DNA of 49,842 nucleotides, filler included, from Fervidicoccaceae archaeon (GTDB lineage: Archaea > Thermoproteota > Thermoprotei_A > Sulfolobales > Fervidicoccaceae), in the NCBI GenBank assembly GCA_038734945.1. It is 5 parts of 5 records of this genome, joined end to end, with 100 filler letters (N's around TTAATTAATTAA, not from the genome) between each part and the next. Parts side by side here need not be neighbours in the genome. Positions count along the whole stretch, not along the records: positions 44,116 to 49,842 come from JAVYOA010000008.1; 4 more parts are not named here. One strand, written 5' to 3'. The first letter of the stretch is position 1. The number at the start of each line of letters is the position of its first letter. The notes beneath the pieces were generated by a model. It saw nothing but the letters and a program-made list of their open reading frames with translations. It ran no database searches and was not told the DNA's origin. Both the position numbers and the translations under genes were made by a program. Positions 46,080 through 49,842 of the stretch are shown piece by piece.

Positions 46080-46631
46080 TTAGTTGTCAGAGGTTAATAA
46101 CCTTTTCGGTAAACTGACATGCCTGAAAATTTCATATGTTTTTGACATTATTTGAAATGTTGACACACATTCAGCAACCCAGTTAGCTCTTTCCATATCG
46201 TACTCATAAATAGACGATAGTTTTACCAAGTCCTCATCATTCAACGGTTCAACTAGTATCATGAAAGTGGGATAATTGTCATTTATCACCGAGTCTAACA
46301 CCTTAACGTATCTAGCAATGTAACGTTTCCAGTTTGGTAGCGAACACAAAAGTGAAATAGGCGAACCGTCCACTATCGTACCGCCGGGTATTTCTTTAAG
46401 GAAGTCATGAAACTCTCTATCAATTTCGTTTTTAGGACTATAACGTACCAGTCTCATGTTAAGTGCGTCAGATACTATTTTCGATATCTGACTCTTGCCA
46501 GCCATTGGTATACCGTCAATTACCACCTTCATCTGATTAACTGATATCTTCCACTGTTTGCCAATTTCATTAACTAGATTGATAACATCCCCGGCTTTGA
46601 ACTCAACGCTAAAGTTATAATTATCAATCAC
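46080..46631 (-). CDS. P-loop nucleoside/nucleotide kinase-like protein
   Basis: VVIDGIPMAGKS Walker A and TIVDGSPIS (degenerate DR motif). Confidence 0.65.
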   Translation of the reverse strand: MIDNYNFSVEFKAGDVINLVNEIGKQWKISVNQMKVVIDGIPMAGKSQISKIVSDALNMRLVRYSPKNEIDREFHDFLKEIPGGTIVDGSPISLLCSLPNWKRYIARYVKVLDSVINDNYPTFMILVEPLNDEDLVKLSSIYEYDMERANWVAECVSTFQIMSKTYEIFRHVSLPKRLLTSDN

Positions 46632-46914
46632 TTAACATCACCTTCTGAATTTGTGCTATAATCTCATCTCTACACTCACTAATGCTTTCACATGATGTTA
46701 CTATCTCTATCACCTTCCTCTTTTCGTTAGTTACTGTGATGGTATTGTGACTCTCCTTTAACTTCAAGATCAGCATGTCATTATTCTCCAGTACCATAAC
46801 CTCTTTTTGACCAGCATCTGGAATTTCATTTATCATTTTGATGACCCAGTCAAAAAACTTGGTTCCAACAGAGTAGTCTATCTTGTTTTCAAAATTCATG
46901 AATGAACACCCCAC
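46624..46914 (-). CDS. viral hypothetical protein, paralog of 24448-24747
   Basis: Shared FFxWVxxxxxxxPxxG motif; real start probably MNFENK. Confidence 0.7.
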   Translation of the reverse strand: MGCSFMNFENKIDYSVGTKFFDWVIKMINEIPDAGQKEVMVLENNDMLILKLKESHNTITVTNEKRKVIEIVTSCESISECRDEIIAQIQKVMLSD

Positions 46915-46984
46915 TCAAAAATGAACATGAAAAAAACCACAAATCTTAACTTTTCGCTTTGTCTTGAATTAGAACATTGCATAT

Positions 46985-47266
46985 CTAGTTATTGCTTTGA
47001 CTGCTATTTAAATATTTCTGTTTGAACTCCTCAGTGATGTCTTTCATGGTTTTTGAATCATAAACTACAAACTTAGTCTCTGGGTTATCTCTAGCAAACT
47101 CGATTATCTCATCCTTCGTGACTGGTACTAATACAGTTATAACATCGTCAATCATGATCTCCTCGCCGTCAGAGCTTATCTCCTGTATGTCTACGTCTTG
47201 TACCTCAAGCATGTAGGGGTACTGGTGATGATCCCTTACTTCATACTTTAGATCTTCCAACAACAT
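46985..47266 (-). CDS. small acidic viral protein coupled to the polymerase
   Basis: TAATG overlap with the polymerase stop; about 22 D/E versus 9 K/R in 93 aa. Confidence 0.72.
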   Translation of the reverse strand: MLLEDLKYEVRDHHQYPYMLEVQDVDIQEISSDGEEIMIDDVITVLVPVTKDEIIEFARDNPETKFVVYDSKTMKDITEEFKQKYLNSSQSNN

Positions 47267-49077
47267 TAGACTGGTTCACCTATCTTTTTCTCATCACCAG
47301 AGTATTTAAGTCTTGCTTTAACCAGGACTTTCTTAGGTACAGTGATGCTAACATTGTATGCTAAACGTGATTTGATAGCCTTGAAGTTTTGAAACAGGTA
47401 CATTTTGAGAGGATCAGGATCATAGTGTATTTCCACATCTTGGTCTTTTTTTACACCTTTAGCAACAATGTTTTTCTTCCCGATCGCCACATTTCCGTCT
47501 CTGCGATAATTAACCGGTACCCACTCCCCAGGATCTTGTGTGAAAAAGTAGAGTTTTTTGCCTAAATGGTAAATGTTACCCTCTTTTTCTATCTTCAACT
47601 GTCCCAAACCATCACCTAGTGTCTTAAACTTCAGTTTGGTATCTAATATCTTAACTTCGCTATACTCTCTTATCTCTCGAGTAAGGTGAAGTGAATCCGT
47701 GTCAGTGTACTGTAACCCTTCCTTATTCTGTTTCATTAACTGATAAAGGTATAACCTAGCGTATGCGGTGACGTAACTGGCGATGGCTACGGAGTATCGA
47801 GGTGTTAACTCTTCCTTTGTGTAGACAATTTCATCTATCCGTGTGTATACTTTACCGTTAAATAGAGTGCGTCCTTCTCTCTTGATTATGTTAAGTATTT
47901 CCGGATCCTTCACTATCATAGCTCTTGCTTTATGCAAACCAAACTTACCGTAGGCGCTATTGAGTATCATTTTAGCTACTGTCCTAAGCGTTTGCCCTTC
48001 TACTCCACCTTTCTTTTCACCTTGCTTTTTCATTTCGTAGTATTTATCAATAAACTCGGTAAACAGATAGTCAGATTTAAACCATTTACTACTAATAAAC
48101 TGTATCTTGCATTCCTCATAACGTAACGCTTGTACTTCCGGAGTAGTTAAGACAGCTTCATTTTCTAATACTTGGGTAAGAATGTTCTCACCGTTAAATC
48201 TTGTCTTAGTGACAACTGGCATTAAGTCAGTATCGCATTTGAATCTGACACGGTGGAATCCTAGATAACCACGCTTGATAGCTTGATTGAATGACATGTC
48301 ATCTTTTACTGGCATAGTAGGATATCTAAAGGAGCGCATGACCGTAGGGTACAGTGAATTTACGTCATAAACCTTTTGTCTTTCACTGAATGATGAAATC
48401 ACTAGTGGATCTACACGTCCGCCTCGATAGCTTTCAATTATCATAGGATCATTTATTTCAGTTATTACGCCCGCATATTTGTCAGGATCCATAAGCGCTT
48501 TCTTTAATCCCTGAGCTTCTGGCATCATTTTTAAGAGTATTCGGAATGAAATGCTAGGTAGAGTTGTACCATGTGTTTCAATTCTATTAAAAAATCTAGT
48601 TAAAACTATGTGAAGCGCCCTAGCGTCATTTCTAGCAAGCTCCTCGCCGTGTTCATTAACGTAATTATTCCACTCTTCAGGGTTAGTCTCTATCTTATCG
48701 TAGTTTATTTGCGCCTCTTCCTTGTAATTTAACTCTGGTGCAAACGTCTTAATAGCGTTCTTTAGCGAAGTTGTCAGTATAGGCATACTATCCCTTACCC
48801 ACGTACCACCCGCAAAGTTAATGGAGAATGGAGCATCAAAGCTAGCGTCCTCAATCATGTCAGCAAACATTGATATCCTCAGAAGCGACATATCGTACTT
48901 GGCGTTATGGATAAAGATGGTAGACTTAGCGTTTATCATGTACTCTAACACTTTTTTCTGATCCGTAAAACACGTCTCTGACGTTCCGTCACTGAAACAT
49001 CCCACAGCAAAAACGTGACGAATTTCATCACCTTCTCGTTTAAACTTTGCCTCACTATCATACGTAAGAAATTTCAT
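47266..49077 (-). CDS. polB: protein-primed family B DNA polymerase
   Basis: ExoI YDSE, ExoII HNAKYD, SYRGG, YDVNSLYP, KMILNSAYGKFG, YTDTDS, KKLY; TPR1-like and TPR2-like insertions; 603 aa. Confidence 0.95.
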   Translation of the reverse strand: MKFLTYDSEAKFKREGDEIRHVFAVGCFSDGTSETCFTDQKKVLEYMINAKSTIFIHNAKYDMSLLRISMFADMIEDASFDAPFSINFAGGTWVRDSMPILTTSLKNAIKTFAPELNYKEEAQINYDKIETNPEEWNNYVNEHGEELARNDARALHIVLTRFFNRIETHGTTLPSISFRILLKMMPEAQGLKKALMDPDKYAGVITEINDPMIIESYRGGRVDPLVISSFSERQKVYDVNSLYPTVMRSFRYPTMPVKDDMSFNQAIKRGYLGFHRVRFKCDTDLMPVVTKTRFNGENILTQVLENEAVLTTPEVQALRYEECKIQFISSKWFKSDYLFTEFIDKYYEMKKQGEKKGGVEGQTLRTVAKMILNSAYGKFGLHKARAMIVKDPEILNIIKREGRTLFNGKVYTRIDEIVYTKEELTPRYSVAIASYVTAYARLYLYQLMKQNKEGLQYTDTDSLHLTREIREYSEVKILDTKLKFKTLGDGLGQLKIEKEGNIYHLGKKLYFFTQDPGEWVPVNYRRDGNVAIGKKNIVAKGVKKDQDVEIHYDPDPLKMYLFQNFKAIKSRLAYNVSITVPKKVLVKARLKYSGDEKKIGEPV

Positions 49078-49109
49078 ACTTAATTGTTTCTAATGCGGGG
49101 ATTAAAAGC

Positions 49110-49814
49110 TTGTGTATCCGTGATATCATCATAAATAACGGTGAGGCTTATGCTACATGCAATGACGATGAGAAAAGGATAGTCATGTGTGCTTTCGAGA
49201 AGTACAAACGAATACTTGAGGAAGCGAGAGTCAAGCGGGCACTTAAGGAAAAATTCAACACTACAGAAAAGGAGAAGATAGCACTAGCAGAGTGCTTTGC
49301 CGATCACCCTAACCGTGAGTACTATGTTACCGTACCGTCCCTATTGCTTAGAGACAATGATGATATGTGTTTTTACTCATTTCAGCAACCTCTAGCATTG
49401 GGTAACGCCGAGTGCAAGTTTGTGAAAGTTGGCTATCCTATTCTAGAAGGAGACTTTAACGTTCACGATAGCACGTACGTTTTAGCAGGCGAGTTAGGGG
49501 TTATGGACTTTTTGGCACGGACTAAGGGTATAATGTGCGATGACAAGTGTAAAGAAGCGGGTTATCTAGTTTTGCCTATCGCAACGTTGCTTTTTTACGA
49601 AGCGTTTGGCACAACGTTATTGCCTAAGTTCAGCATAAGAAAAGTTATAATTGACGGACAAGAAAAGCCATTTAGAGATTTCGCAGTTAAAAAAGTTGAA
49701 GACGCTATAGCAAAACTTGGCGTACATGATGAAAAATTAGACTACGCTCTTGGCAAGGTTAAAAGTGCTAGTTTTCTCAAGAGTTTTATCTTGTCTGTTA
49801 TTCCATCGATCTAG
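49110..49814 (+). CDS. viral hypothetical protein (234 aa, Cys-containing), divergent from the polymerase
   Basis: Long ORF with a TTG start; no motif recognised. Confidence 0.7.
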   Translation: MCIRDIIINNGEAYATCNDDEKRIVMCAFEKYKRILEEARVKRALKEKFNTTEKEKIALAECFADHPNREYYVTVPSLLLRDNDDMCFYSFQQPLALGNAECKFVKVGYPILEGDFNVHDSTYVLAGELGVMDFLARTKGIMCDDKCKEAGYLVLPIATLLFYEAFGTTLLPKFSIRKVIIDGQEKPFRDFAVKKVEDAIAKLGVHDEKLDYALGKVKSASFLKSFILSVIPSI

Positions 49815-49842
49815 AATGTAAGAGATAGCATTTTCTAGCGCA

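Larger units (their letters stand above)
44116..49842. mobile_element. archaeal virus contig, replication arm with probable genome end at its left side
   Basis: Protein-primed PolB; 195-bp repeat shared with contig B; GC-rich terminal segment. Confidence 0.88.

Noticed and set aside
44116..49842. Casposon or integrated provirus interpretation of the pPolB contig
   Set aside because: No Cas1-like casposase or integrase and no junction to host DNA; linked by repeats and paralogs to virion-like contigs

Overview
The window is not one continuous molecule. It is five contigs joined by artificial N-TTAATTAATTAA-N spacers: A 1-17858, B 17959-28922, C 29023-37996, D 38097-44015, E 44116-49842. A and C are chromosomal DNA of a thermophilic crenarchaeon (Thermoproteota; Desulfurococcales/Fervidicoccales-like by gene content, an inference). 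A carries an AT-rich DUF499-ATPase + DUF1156-methylase defence island next to tRNA-Arg(CCT), then housekeeping genes (ogt, Mrp/Nbp35, Trm5-family, DUF371, pcm, fen, cdc48, tRNA-Gly, nitroreductase, ThiN-domain regulator, cation antiporter). C carries a complete IS200/IS605 element (tnpA + tnpB, with readable ends, TTAC target and omega-RNA) sitting at the probable arlF start of an archaellum cluster (arlB, an ArlD/E-like gene, arlG, ArnR-like regulator), plus an M20 peptidase and an ABC substrate-binding protein. B, D and E (about 22.6 kb together) are AT-rich, packed with small orphan ORFs, and fit together as B -> D -> reverse(E). Read this way they form a near-complete linear archaeal virus with probable inverted terminal repeats, a protein-primed family B polymerase, a glycosyltransferase, a thymidylate kinase and a Cas4-like nuclease, which is the gene set known for Ampullaviridae (bottle-shaped viruses). 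At least two strains appear to be mixed. The most striking unexplained element is a ~300-nt GC-rich, densely base-paired, possibly pseudoknotted segment in the putative terminal repeat (about 44145-44450), preceded by a TATA-like element: a candidate viral structured RNA. All family calls come from reading motifs by eye; no database searches were run.
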